Shown here piece by piece: positions 9,228-16,727 of a DNA stretch of 64,000 bases. The DNA is taken from contig JBBTSA010000009.1 of NCBI GenBank assembly GCA_038064895.1, forward strand, positions 13,595 through 77,594, given 5' to 3'. The stretch is from Patescibacteria group bacterium. GTDB taxonomy: Bacteria > Patescibacteriota > Microgenomatia > Daviesbacterales > UBA10151. A program made the position numbers and the translations under genes. How positions within the stretch are numbered: the stretch's first letter is position 1; every line of letters begins with the position of its first letter. The notes beneath the pieces are model-generated. The model had not been told where the DNA came from. It saw only the letters and a program-made list of their open reading frames with translations, and ran no database searches.

Positions 9228-9260
9228 ATATTCCAGAATGTAATATTCCAAATTGGAATA
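9228..9260 (-). promoter_or_regulatory. Candidate C-box operators. A 17-bp perfect palindrome TATTCCAA-A-TTGGAATA lies at 9244-9260, with a partial repeat TATTCCAGAAT at 9228-9239. Both are 25-55 nt upstream of the C-protein start.
   Basis: Palindromes seen directly in the sequence. Their position fits the autoregulatory operators of C-proteins. Confidence 0.4.
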
Positions 9261-9396
9261 CTTAAAGCTACAAAGTTCTTTAAAATTTTTGCGTTTTTTG
9301 TATTCGCCTGCGGCGAATGTTCGAGCCTCCAGTTTTAAGCTCGGTCGGAATACAGATTAAGGTGGGAAACGAACGTGCGGTTGGTATCCATCTCTG

Positions 9397-9468
9397 TTGC
9401 CGGACTAGGACTCGGACCTAGAATCTTCGCGTCCAGAGCGCGACGATTTACCATTAATCTATCCGGCA
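9397..9468 (-). tRNA. tRNA-Gln (anticodon CUG), no encoded CCA
   Basis: Manual cloverleaf. Acceptor TGCCGGA/TCCGGCA with U1-A72. D-stem GATT/AATC. Anticodon stem TCGCG/CGCGA with loop CTCTGGA. T-stem CTAGG/CCTAG with an unusual T-loop TCCGAGT. Confidence 0.65.
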
Positions 9469-9507
9469 GATTAACTTGAAAATTATACTAAATTATAGCT
9501 ATATAAA

Positions 9508-9888
9508 CTAACGAGAGAATTTGCGAAGATGCCAACCAAGTACTGCAGCCCCTACAGAAAATATTCCAACTAAAACCATAGGAGAGCCTGTTGCAGGTAA
9601 TACCTGTACTCCGCCTTTTGTACGATCAACTATTCTCTGATAAGCAGAGCCTGATTGGGATACAGGAGAGGGTAACGGAGTAGGTATAGCTGGTATCACG
9701 GGTGTTGGTGTTGAAGTTGAGATAGGAGATGGTGATAGCGCTGGCGATGGTGTATTTACCGCCACTCTTGTTTGAGATTGAGAAACTTTTGTGCCTGTAA
9801 ATCTTTGTGCCAATAAAAAGTACCCTACTGCCATTGCAGCCAAAACTAACCCAATTATTACGAGCCTAAGCCACTTTCCATCTTCCAT
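9508..9888 (-). CDS. Small LPXTG cell-wall-anchored protein (sortase substrate) with a Pro/Ser/Thr-rich spacer
   Basis: N-terminal signal-anchor. 'TPSPALSPSPISTSTPTPVIPAIPTPLPSP' spacer. 'LPATGS' followed by a hydrophobic stretch and an 'RKFSR' tail. Confidence 0.55.
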   Translation of the reverse strand: MEDGKWLRLVIIGLVLAAMAVGYFLLAQRFTGTKVSQSQTRVAVNTPSPALSPSPISTSTPTPVIPAIPTPLPSPVSQSGSAYQRIVDRTKGGVQVLPATGSPMVLVGIFSVGAAVLGWHLRKFSR

Positions 9889-9901
9889 GGCTCGGATATT
9901 A

Positions 9902-11233
9902 TCATGAACCTATAATTTTTGCAACCTCTTTAATCCTTTTATAGGTCTCCTCTTCTCCTAAAATCTCAATGCATTCAAAAAGCGGTGGTGTAACAGTTTG
10001 GCCGGAAATTGCAACTCTAATTAACTGAAACATTTGAGTATCAGATAATTCAAACCTACCAGCTAGTTCTCTAAAAGCTTTTTCAAATTCATTAGCTTCC
10101 CATGGTTTTTTTAGAGCTTCTAAAGAATTTAGGATTTCTGATAAAACATCACTCAAATTTACATCACTTTTTATTAGCTTTAAAAAAACTTCCTTCTCGT
10201 ACTCTGGTTTCTCCCATAAAAAGTCTGTTAAAGGAATAAAATCAGATAATTTTTTAATTCTTTCTTTAATCAGCGGTATCACCCTTTCTACCTCCGCCTC
10301 TGTTGGACGATCCAAAGCCCCACCAGATAGATCCTTCAGATATTCTAGGATTTGAGTTTTGAGTTTTGAGTTTTGAGTTTTTCTAATGTATTCTCCATTT
10401 AACCAATCCAGTTTTGTTGTATCAAAAATAGGTGAGGCTAAATTAAAATCCTTAAAATCAAAAAGCTGAATCATTTCCTCCAGATCAAAAATTTCCTTTC
10501 CATTTGGATGGGACCATCCTAGAAGAGCCAGAAAATTTAGAACTGCTGCTTTTAAATAGCCATCATCCCTAAATTCCAATGCAGATTTTGCTCCATGTCT
10601 TTTAGACAGCTTTGCTCTGTCAGACCCCACCAAAACCGGAAGATGGGCAAATTGCGGAATACTCCATCCAAAAGCCTGATATATCATCAGATGTTTTGGT
10701 GTAGATGAAATGAACTCATTGCCGCGAATTACATGAGTTATCTCCATTAAATGGTCATCTATAACATTTGCAAAATTATAAGTTGGGTAACCATCTGATT
10801 TTAAAATAATAAAATCTTCCTGAGTGTTGTTTGGAAAACTTATATCTTTACTACCTATCAACTCATGCCAGGAAGTTTCCCCATCCTTTTTAGTCTTAAA
10901 TCTGACTGCACCATCCTCTTTGTATGCCAATCCCTTAGCTAAGAGCTCGTCTGCATGCTTTTTGTAAATATTCAATCTTTCAGATTGGACATATGGACCG
11001 AATGGCCCACCGATATTTGGGCCCTCATCAAAATTTAATTCCAACCAATTTAGGGTTTCATAAATTTGATTAACACTTTCCGGAACATATCTTTCTCTGT
11101 CTGTATCTTCCAATCTTAAGATAAATTTACCATTGTTTTTTTTGGCAAAGACAAAATTAAAAAGTGCTTGCCAAACAGTTCCTATGTGAGGCGCTCCTGT
11201 TGGAGACGGTGCAAGTCTAACCCTAACTTCCAT
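9902..11233 (-). CDS. gltX: Glutamyl-tRNA synthetase
   Basis: Class I HIGH motif variant 'PTGAPHIGT'. KMSKS motif 'KLSKRHG'. Confidence 0.9.
   Translation of the reverse strand: MEVRVRLAPSPTGAPHIGTVWQALFNFVFAKKNNGKFILRLEDTDRERYVPESVNQIYETLNWLELNFDEGPNIGGPFGPYVQSERLNIYKKHADELLAKGLAYKEDGAVRFKTKKDGETSWHELIGSKDISFPNNTQEDFIILKSDGYPTYNFANVIDDHLMEITHVIRGNEFISSTPKHLMIYQAFGWSIPQFAHLPVLVGSDRAKLSKRHGAKSALEFRDDGYLKAAVLNFLALLGWSHPNGKEIFDLEEMIQLFDFKDFNLASPIFDTTKLDWLNGEYIRKTQNSKLKTQILEYLKDLSGGALDRPTEAEVERVIPLIKERIKKLSDFIPLTDFLWEKPEYEKEVFLKLIKSDVNLSDVLSEILNSLEALKKPWEANEFEKAFRELAGRFELSDTQMFQLIRVAISGQTVTPPLFECIEILGEEETYKRIKEVAKIIGS
10354..10381. repeat. Tandem heptanucleotide repeat (GAGTTTT)x4 inside gltX. 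It encodes '...KTQNSKLKTQ...' in frame.
   Basis: Seen directly. Confidence 0.85.
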
Positions 11234-11341
11234 GCCCTAATTATAACAGTTATAATGCTTCGAAGAAGAATTAACAGGTTCTGCGAGCACGAGCTATAAT
11301 ATTTCATTGCGAAGTGCAAAGCAGGTTCTTATAATGATTAT

Positions 11342-12352
11342 ATGACCTTAACCCAAACAGCTATTATCACAAAACAAATTATTAACTTTATTGCAGTTAC
11401 CTTAATTTTAGGAACCATCTTCTTTATAGGCTACAGAATTTGGTATACACATTATCTTTCGACCCTGCCGCCTGTTGAGGAAAAACCGGATACAAAATTT
11501 GGAATTTTGCCTCTTGTGAACTTCCCAAAATCTCAAGTTTCTTCGTCAAACTTTTCTTACAGTTTAGATACTGCAACAGGAGGACTCCCAAAAATCGGAC
11601 AAGATCCGGGTTTTGAAAAATTAATCAAAGTTTATTTTGTTATAAAACCTTATGCTACTTTTTTATCCCCTGATAAAAGTCAGGCTTTGGCTGAAAAATT
11701 CGGTATTAATGCTGAACCTGAAATTATAAATGAAACTATCTATAGCTTTGAGCAGGAGAATAAACACCTGACTGTAGATTTGGATAGCGGTAACTTTAAA
11801 TACTCTAACGAAGCTTCACCTTCTTCGGAAGAAAAGTTTGATACTCAAGAGAGCCTGATTTCAAATTTTAAACATACCCTTGAATCTCTGGGTGTCTTAA
11901 AGGAAGAGTTAAAAGAGGGAAGGGCAAAGGTAACTACCAAAGGAAGTGATTCTAACACATCTGTTGTTTCTCTATGGCCTAAAGATTTGGACAAAAAAAT
12001 CCTGTTTAGCTCTGATACTGATAAATCACAAATTTACGCAGAAGTTTTTTCGCAAGGTAGAAGTTTAGAAAATTATCTACTGATTAACTTCACATTCTAT
12101 CAGATAGATACATCCACATTTGCAACATACCCTACAAAAACTCCGGAAGAAGCTCTTGATGACTTAAAATCCGGAAAAGGTGTAGTTATTCTTGAACCCC
12201 AAAATCCAAAAGTATCAATCACTTCTTTATCTCTAGATTACTTCTTACCGGAAGATTATAATCCTTATATTCAACCAATTTACATATTTGAAGGACCAAG
12301 CTTTATGGCTTATATTCCAGCCGTAAGCAGTCAGTTCCAAAAACAGGATTAA
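11342..12352 (+). CDS. Hypothetical N-terminally membrane-anchored extracytoplasmic protein (336 aa)
   Basis: One N-terminal TM. The remainder is hydrophilic. No motif recognised. Confidence 0.4.
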   Translation: MTLTQTAIITKQIINFIAVTLILGTIFFIGYRIWYTHYLSTLPPVEEKPDTKFGILPLVNFPKSQVSSSNFSYSLDTATGGLPKIGQDPGFEKLIKVYFVIKPYATFLSPDKSQALAEKFGINAEPEIINETIYSFEQENKHLTVDLDSGNFKYSNEASPSSEEKFDTQESLISNFKHTLESLGVLKEELKEGRAKVTTKGSDSNTSVVSLWPKDLDKKILFSSDTDKSQIYAEVFSQGRSLENYLLINFTFYQIDTSTFATYPTKTPEEALDDLKSGKGVVILEPQNPKVSITSLSLDYFLPEDYNPYIQPIYIFEGPSFMAYIPAVSSQFQKQD

Positions 12353-13266
12353 TTAAACCACTCAAAATTGCTGTATGTCCATTCGATAAGTTTTTTAGTC
12401 TCTAAAAATCTGTCATCTGATCCAAAGAGCACTATTAAAACTCTCTTTCCATTCCGCTCAACAAGTGTGATTAAATTCTCTTTAGCTTGAGGGGTTGTTC
12501 CTGTTTTTACTCCCAATACTCCTGTTACTTGTGTAAGCAACTTGTTTAAATTATAAAGCTTGTGTTTAAATTTTTTGTCCAGTGAAACAATATCAGTTTC
12601 TTTGGTCTGGAAAATTCTTGAAAGTATCGAATCCTTCAATGCCTCTTCTGTAATTTTGCTCAAATCTCTTGCTGTTGAAAAATGTTTAGGACTGTCAAAC
12701 CCTGCAGGGTTGTCAAAATGAGTGTTTTCCAAATTTATAAGACTAGCCTTTCTATTCATTTGCGAAACAAAGCCTGGTATTCCTCCGGGGAAATTCTCGG
12801 CTATTGTATATGCCGCATCATTACCTGATGATAAAAGCATACCATACAGTAGTGACCGAAAGCTTAAATCCTCACCGCTAAAAAGACCTACGCTTGCTCC
12901 GGGGATTTTTGCACCGTCCTTAACAGTCAAAATAGAATTTTGTTTGAAATACTCTGCTCCAACTATTGCAGTCATTATCTTTGTTGTGGATGCAGTAGGT
13001 AGGGGTAGGTTTGCATCCTTTTGGAAAAGTATGGTATCGGTTGAAAGATCTTTAATAAAGACTGCTCTGGCAGAAAAATAAGGAGGAGGTAAGTTTTTAC
13101 TTATCGGGGGAATATTATATTTTTGAATCCCTAAAGTTTTTGAATTGTTTTGAGGAATCTGAAATGCAATAAAATATTCTTCAGTTCTTTCAGTTAAAAA
13201 AGGTATGAAAGTAATAACTAATATGGCAAGTAAGATTAAACTGGCTGAATATAAGTAGTACCTCAT
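12349..13266 (-). CDS. D-alanyl-D-alanine carboxypeptidase (S11 penicillin-binding protein, low molecular weight)
   Basis: SxxK motif 'ASTTKIMT'. SxN motif 'LSSGND'. KTG motif 'KTGTT'. N-terminal signal/TM. Confidence 0.75.
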   Translation of the reverse strand: MRYYLYSASLILLAILVITFIPFLTERTEEYFIAFQIPQNNSKTLGIQKYNIPPISKNLPPPYFSARAVFIKDLSTDTILFQKDANLPLPTASTTKIMTAIVGAEYFKQNSILTVKDGAKIPGASVGLFSGEDLSFRSLLYGMLLSSGNDAAYTIAENFPGGIPGFVSQMNRKASLINLENTHFDNPAGFDSPKHFSTARDLSKITEEALKDSILSRIFQTKETDIVSLDKKFKHKLYNLNKLLTQVTGVLGVKTGTTPQAKENLITLVERNGKRVLIVLFGSDDRFLETKKLIEWTYSNFEWFN

Positions 13267-14597
13267 TTCCCCAGCCTCACATCTACTCTTTCCATATCCC
13301 TTGGGAAAAGAGATGCTTCTCTAATATTAGACAAGCCCAGGATGTGCATTGTCATTCTTTCCAAACCAAAAGAAAATCCACCTTCCGGAGGCATTCCAAA
13401 TTTAAATGCTTGTAAATACATCTCAAAATTTTTAGGATCCATACCCCTATTTTTTATGGTGTCCACCAATTCTTGATAATTATTAATTCTTTGACTACCA
13501 CTCATAATCTCCAATCCTCTAAATAAAAGGTCATAACTTAATGACACTTCGGGATTTTTTGGATCCGGCATTGTATAAAAAGCTCTTTTTGCAGTTGGAA
13601 AATGGGTAATGGTAACAAAATCACTACTGTATTTTTCCTTCGCCCATTTGCAAATATCAACCTCATCTTGGGGAGTTAAATCCTTTTCTTTTCTATTATC
13701 ACGCCCAAATTCTTTAAGGATTATTTCCTGTGCTTCTTGTAAAGTTAGTCTGGGTATTTTACCAGCAACTATTTTTTCCAACCCCCATATTCTTAGAATA
13801 TCTGCACATTTATCTTCTGCAAACTTTAGTGTCTCGCTCCCAACTTTCTCTAAAAGGTCCAAAAGCTCTTCAAAATCCACAAATCCAAATTCACAGTCAA
13901 GTTGCGTAGAAACTGCCAAATGTCTTGTGGTGACTGAAGGTTCAGCCCTGTATGCATGGGCTATAGTAAAAACTCTTTCATATACGGGAACTAGCATTTG
14001 TTTATAAAGTTGAGGGCTTTGTGTAAGAAATGCTTTGTTGTCAAAATAATCAACCGGAAAAACCTCTGCACCTCCTTCTGTTGCAGATGCGGCAATCTCC
14101 GGAACAACAATTTCAACACAATCCAAATCTTTGGCTATTTTCCTAAAGCCTTCTAAAATGGCGGATTGGACTTTAAATATATCCTTAATCTTTGGATGTC
14201 TTAAAGTTAAGGAACGCCAGTCCAAAAGAGTAGGCAGCTGTAATTCTAAATCCTTACCTCCCATATCAAATGGCAACTCTGCTGCTTTTGATAAAACCTC
14301 AATATCTTTGACTGAAATTTCTATTTCACCTGTTGGAATATTTTTATTTACCAGATTTTCAGGTCTTTTATTAACTGTTCCTGTTATACATACTACAGCT
14401 TGAGGGTGTAAAGCTAACACACCCCCGGGGTGTGTTACGTTCACACCTTGGGATACTACAACTTGGATTAATCCAGTTCTATCTAAAACATCCAAAAATA
14501 AAATTTTCCCATGATCCCTTCTTGTTTGAACCCATCCACAGATCTTAACAGTCTCTCCTACTTTTTTTGTGCAATTTAAAATTAGTGTTCTTATCAC
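13263..14597 (-). CDS. Class IIb aminoacyl-tRNA synthetase. It is either the archaeal/short-type aspartyl-tRNA synthetase or asparaginyl-tRNA synthetase.
   Basis: OB-fold anticodon-binding N-terminus 'VKICGWVQTRRDHGKILFLDV'. Motif 3 'GGFSFGLERMTMHILG'. 444 aa. Confidence 0.8.
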   Translation of the reverse strand: MIRTLILNCTKKVGETVKICGWVQTRRDHGKILFLDVLDRTGLIQVVVSQGVNVTHPGGVLALHPQAVVCITGTVNKRPENLVNKNIPTGEIEISVKDIEVLSKAAELPFDMGGKDLELQLPTLLDWRSLTLRHPKIKDIFKVQSAILEGFRKIAKDLDCVEIVVPEIAASATEGGAEVFPVDYFDNKAFLTQSPQLYKQMLVPVYERVFTIAHAYRAEPSVTTRHLAVSTQLDCEFGFVDFEELLDLLEKVGSETLKFAEDKCADILRIWGLEKIVAGKIPRLTLQEAQEIILKEFGRDNRKEKDLTPQDEVDICKWAKEKYSSDFVTITHFPTAKRAFYTMPDPKNPEVSLSYDLLFRGLEIMSGSQRINNYQELVDTIKNRGMDPKNFEMYLQAFKFGMPPEGGFSFGLERMTMHILGLSNIREASLFPRDMERVDVRLGK

Positions 14598-14719
14598 CTT
14601 GTTAGCATAATAGCAGCTTTAGAGAATAGTTGACAAGATCAGAAATATTTGGTAAATTTACAAAAGTATGATGCAAAAACCAAAAAGAAATTTCAGTTTC
14701 TTTTTTACCTTCGCTTAAG

Positions 14720-14767
14720 CGGAGGTTGGTTTTTGTGGCCTCCGACTAGTTAAAGCGGAGGTTTTTT
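14720..14767 (+). promoter_or_regulatory. Attenuator with mutually exclusive hairpins in the leader of the 58-aa ORF. CGGAGG (14720-25) pairs with CCTCCG (14739-44). Alternatively CCTCCG pairs with CGGAGG (14756-61), followed by T6 (14762-67), which forms a terminator.
   Basis: Direct repeats 'TAAGCGGAGG' and 'AAAGCGGAGG' flank a shared CCTCCG. A possible promoter TTGACA(14631)-17-TAAATT lies upstream. Confidence 0.4.
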
Positions 14768-14799
14768 AGTGCTTAAAAGAAAGGAAGGTGAATAATATC

Positions 14800-14976
14800 A
14801 TGAGCGAAAGAATGGAAAAAGTTATACCAGGTATAGCAAGACTTGTTCAAATTGAGCAAATAATTAGATCTAGCAAGAAAGTCTTAGATTCTAGACTTCT
14901 AACTGCTGGGCTAAAACCTAATGAAGTTCTAGACGTTAAAGCCGATGCCGGTCTTAGAAGAATTCGAGTTTGGTAA
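14800..14976 (+). CDS. Small hypothetical protein (58 aa from the ATG at 14800; the track uses GTG at 14788)
   Basis: Good SD AAGGAAGGTGA lies 8 nt upstream. The ORF is preceded by the attenuator. Confidence 0.4.
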   Translation: MSERMEKVIPGIARLVQIEQIIRSSKKVLDSRLLTAGLKPNEVLDVKADAGLRRIRVW

Positions 14977-14977
14977 T

Positions 14978-15006
14978 TTGACAAAAGGCTAAACTGCCCT
15001 TATAAT
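14978..15006 (+). promoter_or_regulatory. Perfect consensus sigma-70 promoter TTGACA-17 nt-TATAAT with no protein-coding ORF downstream. The predicted transcript runs antisense across the recJ 3' end.
   Basis: Seen directly. A downstream hairpin CTTAGGT...ACCTTAAG followed by TTGCAGTTTTT near 15105-15150 could terminate a transcript of about 130 nt. Confidence 0.5.
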
Positions 15007-15119
15007 TTAAATGGTATGTCAAAAGCCTAGTATTCCATATATTCGGCTATTGGAGGCCTGTTTCGGAGATCACCGAATTGCATCAGGTCAAAAAGCTATT
15101 AACCAATCCGGATTCAGAC

Positions 15120-16727
15120 TTAGGTTCTAATATCCCTGACCTTAAGTTGCAGTTTTTCAAAACCATTGTAGTCATCTATATCAATAGTATAGACCAGATC
15201 AACTGGCTGATCATTTTGTAGCATATTCAAAAGCTCCCCCATTCCAAAAGCAATAGAATCTATCCCATCTGCTCTAAATTTTAAATGCTTCCCCTGTCCT
15301 ACTGTCCTTATATCAGAAATTTGCATTCCATATGTTGCAAAAATTGGCCTAGGATTTCCAAAACCAAACGGCTCAAATTTTTGCAGATCCTCTACCAGTT
15401 TTTTTGTTAACTCCGAAGTAGAAACTTCTGCATCAATCTCCAAAACTTGTTCCATATCTAATATTTCAATCTTCATGCTTTCCATTCTTTTTTTAAATAC
15501 TTTCACATGTTTAGTCGAAATAGAAAATCCTGCAGCTCCCGGATGCCCCCCAACATCAACCAATATATCTGAATGCTTTCTAATAAGCTCTACAATGTTT
15601 ATTCCGCCAATTGATCTTGCTGAACCTTTGGAAACTTCCTTACCAAGAGAAATTGCAATGGCAGGTCTGCTAAACTCATCCGTAATCCTTCCTGCCACCA
15701 GTCCTATTATTCCCTGATTCCACTCTTTGTGTACTAAAACATGAATACTATTTTTTTTATCTACTTGTATCCTGGCAGAATCTATGGCTTCTACAGTTTG
15801 CTTTTGTCTTTCTATATTAGTATCAGCTAAAAGTCTTGCTAACCTTTTAGCTTTAATAGGATCTTTTGTACAAAGAAGTCTTAAAGAATCTATAGCATGT
15901 TCCAGCCTTCCCATGGCATTAAGTCTTGGACCTAAAATATGTCCTATTTCATAGGATGCAATATTACCAAGTCTTATCCCTGATTCATTTATTAATGAAA
16001 TTAAACCTATGTTATCTGTTTGATTTAAAATTTTTAGTCCTTCTGAAACATATGCCCTTCCTAGACCAACAAGTGGTAAAAGGTCACAAACAGTGGCAAT
16101 TGCAACAAATTGCAATAAATCATGAGCTAAATCTTTTTTAATAAGTCCACGTACTAAACACCAAGCAACTGCAGCCCCACACATTTTTGTGCAGTGAACT
16201 ATCTCATAGGCATCAGGCTTTATATCTTGCGGAAGGTGATGATCTGTAATTATTAAATCTAAACCAATTCCTTTGGCAAATTTTGCCTGTTCTAACGCTA
16301 CAATGCCATTGTCTACAGTTATCACAAGAGTGGCTCCAGAATCCCTGGCGAATTCTAAGCCTAATTTTGACAACCCATACCCTTCTTTTTCCCTATGTGG
16401 AATATAGGGCAAAACTTTTGCACCAACTGATGTAAGAGCTTTATATAAAATAGCACAGCCGCAAATTCCATCCACATCATAATCTCCATAAACTATGATT
16501 AATTCATTATTTTTAATAGCTTCCAAAATTCTTACCTTGGCTTTTTCAATACCAGGAATATTTAAATCTTTCTCATAATTAGAAATTTTAGGATTAAAAA
16601 ATTGTTCTTTTGCTTGAGAAGTTTTTAGGCCTCGATTTATAAGTAGCTGTTCAACTAGATCTGCGTTCTCTTTTGGTAGTATCTTCCACTTCATTGGGGT
16701 AAAATTACAATATGAAGAATTATACAC
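15120..16727 (-). CDS. recJ: Single-stranded-DNA-specific exonuclease RecJ
   Basis: DHH motifs 'VYGDYDVDGICG' and 'LIITDHH'. DHHA1-type C-terminus. Confidence 0.85.
   Translation of the reverse strand: MYNSSYCNFTPMKWKILPKENADLVEQLLINRGLKTSQAKEQFFNPKISNYEKDLNIPGIEKAKVRILEAIKNNELIIVYGDYDVDGICGCAILYKALTSVGAKVLPYIPHREKEGYGLSKLGLEFARDSGATLVITVDNGIVALEQAKFAKGIGLDLIITDHHLPQDIKPDAYEIVHCTKMCGAAVAWCLVRGLIKKDLAHDLLQFVAIATVCDLLPLVGLGRAYVSEGLKILNQTDNIGLISLINESGIRLGNIASYEIGHILGPRLNAMGRLEHAIDSLRLLCTKDPIKAKRLARLLADTNIERQKQTVEAIDSARIQVDKKNSIHVLVHKEWNQGIIGLVAGRITDEFSRPAIAISLGKEVSKGSARSIGGINIVELIRKHSDILVDVGGHPGAAGFSISTKHVKVFKKRMESMKIEILDMEQVLEIDAEVSTSELTKKLVEDLQKFEPFGFGNPRPIFATYGMQISDIRTVGQGKHLKFRADGIDSIAFGMGELLNMLQNDQPVDLVYTIDIDDYNGFEKLQLKVRDIRT

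Noticed and set aside
9290-9396. Possible second tRNA or ncRNA next to tRNA-Gln (GC hairpins TTCGCCTGCGGCGAA and GAGC...GCTC)
   Set aside because: No cloverleaf could be folded on either strand. No U-run follows the hairpin in transcript orientation.
7380-9468. tRNA-Gln 3' end as an integration site with a matching direct repeat near the lexA/M junction
   Set aside because: The tRNA 3' end points away from the R-M genes. No copy of the tRNA 3' segment was found near 7380-7440. The boundary of any island is unresolved.
15010-15150. Orphan-promoter transcript as SRP RNA, tmRNA or 6S RNA
   Set aside because: Only a loose CAGGUC / CCGGA resemblance to the SRP domain IV was seen. There are no tmRNA termini. 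It is kept as a generic sRNA candidate.
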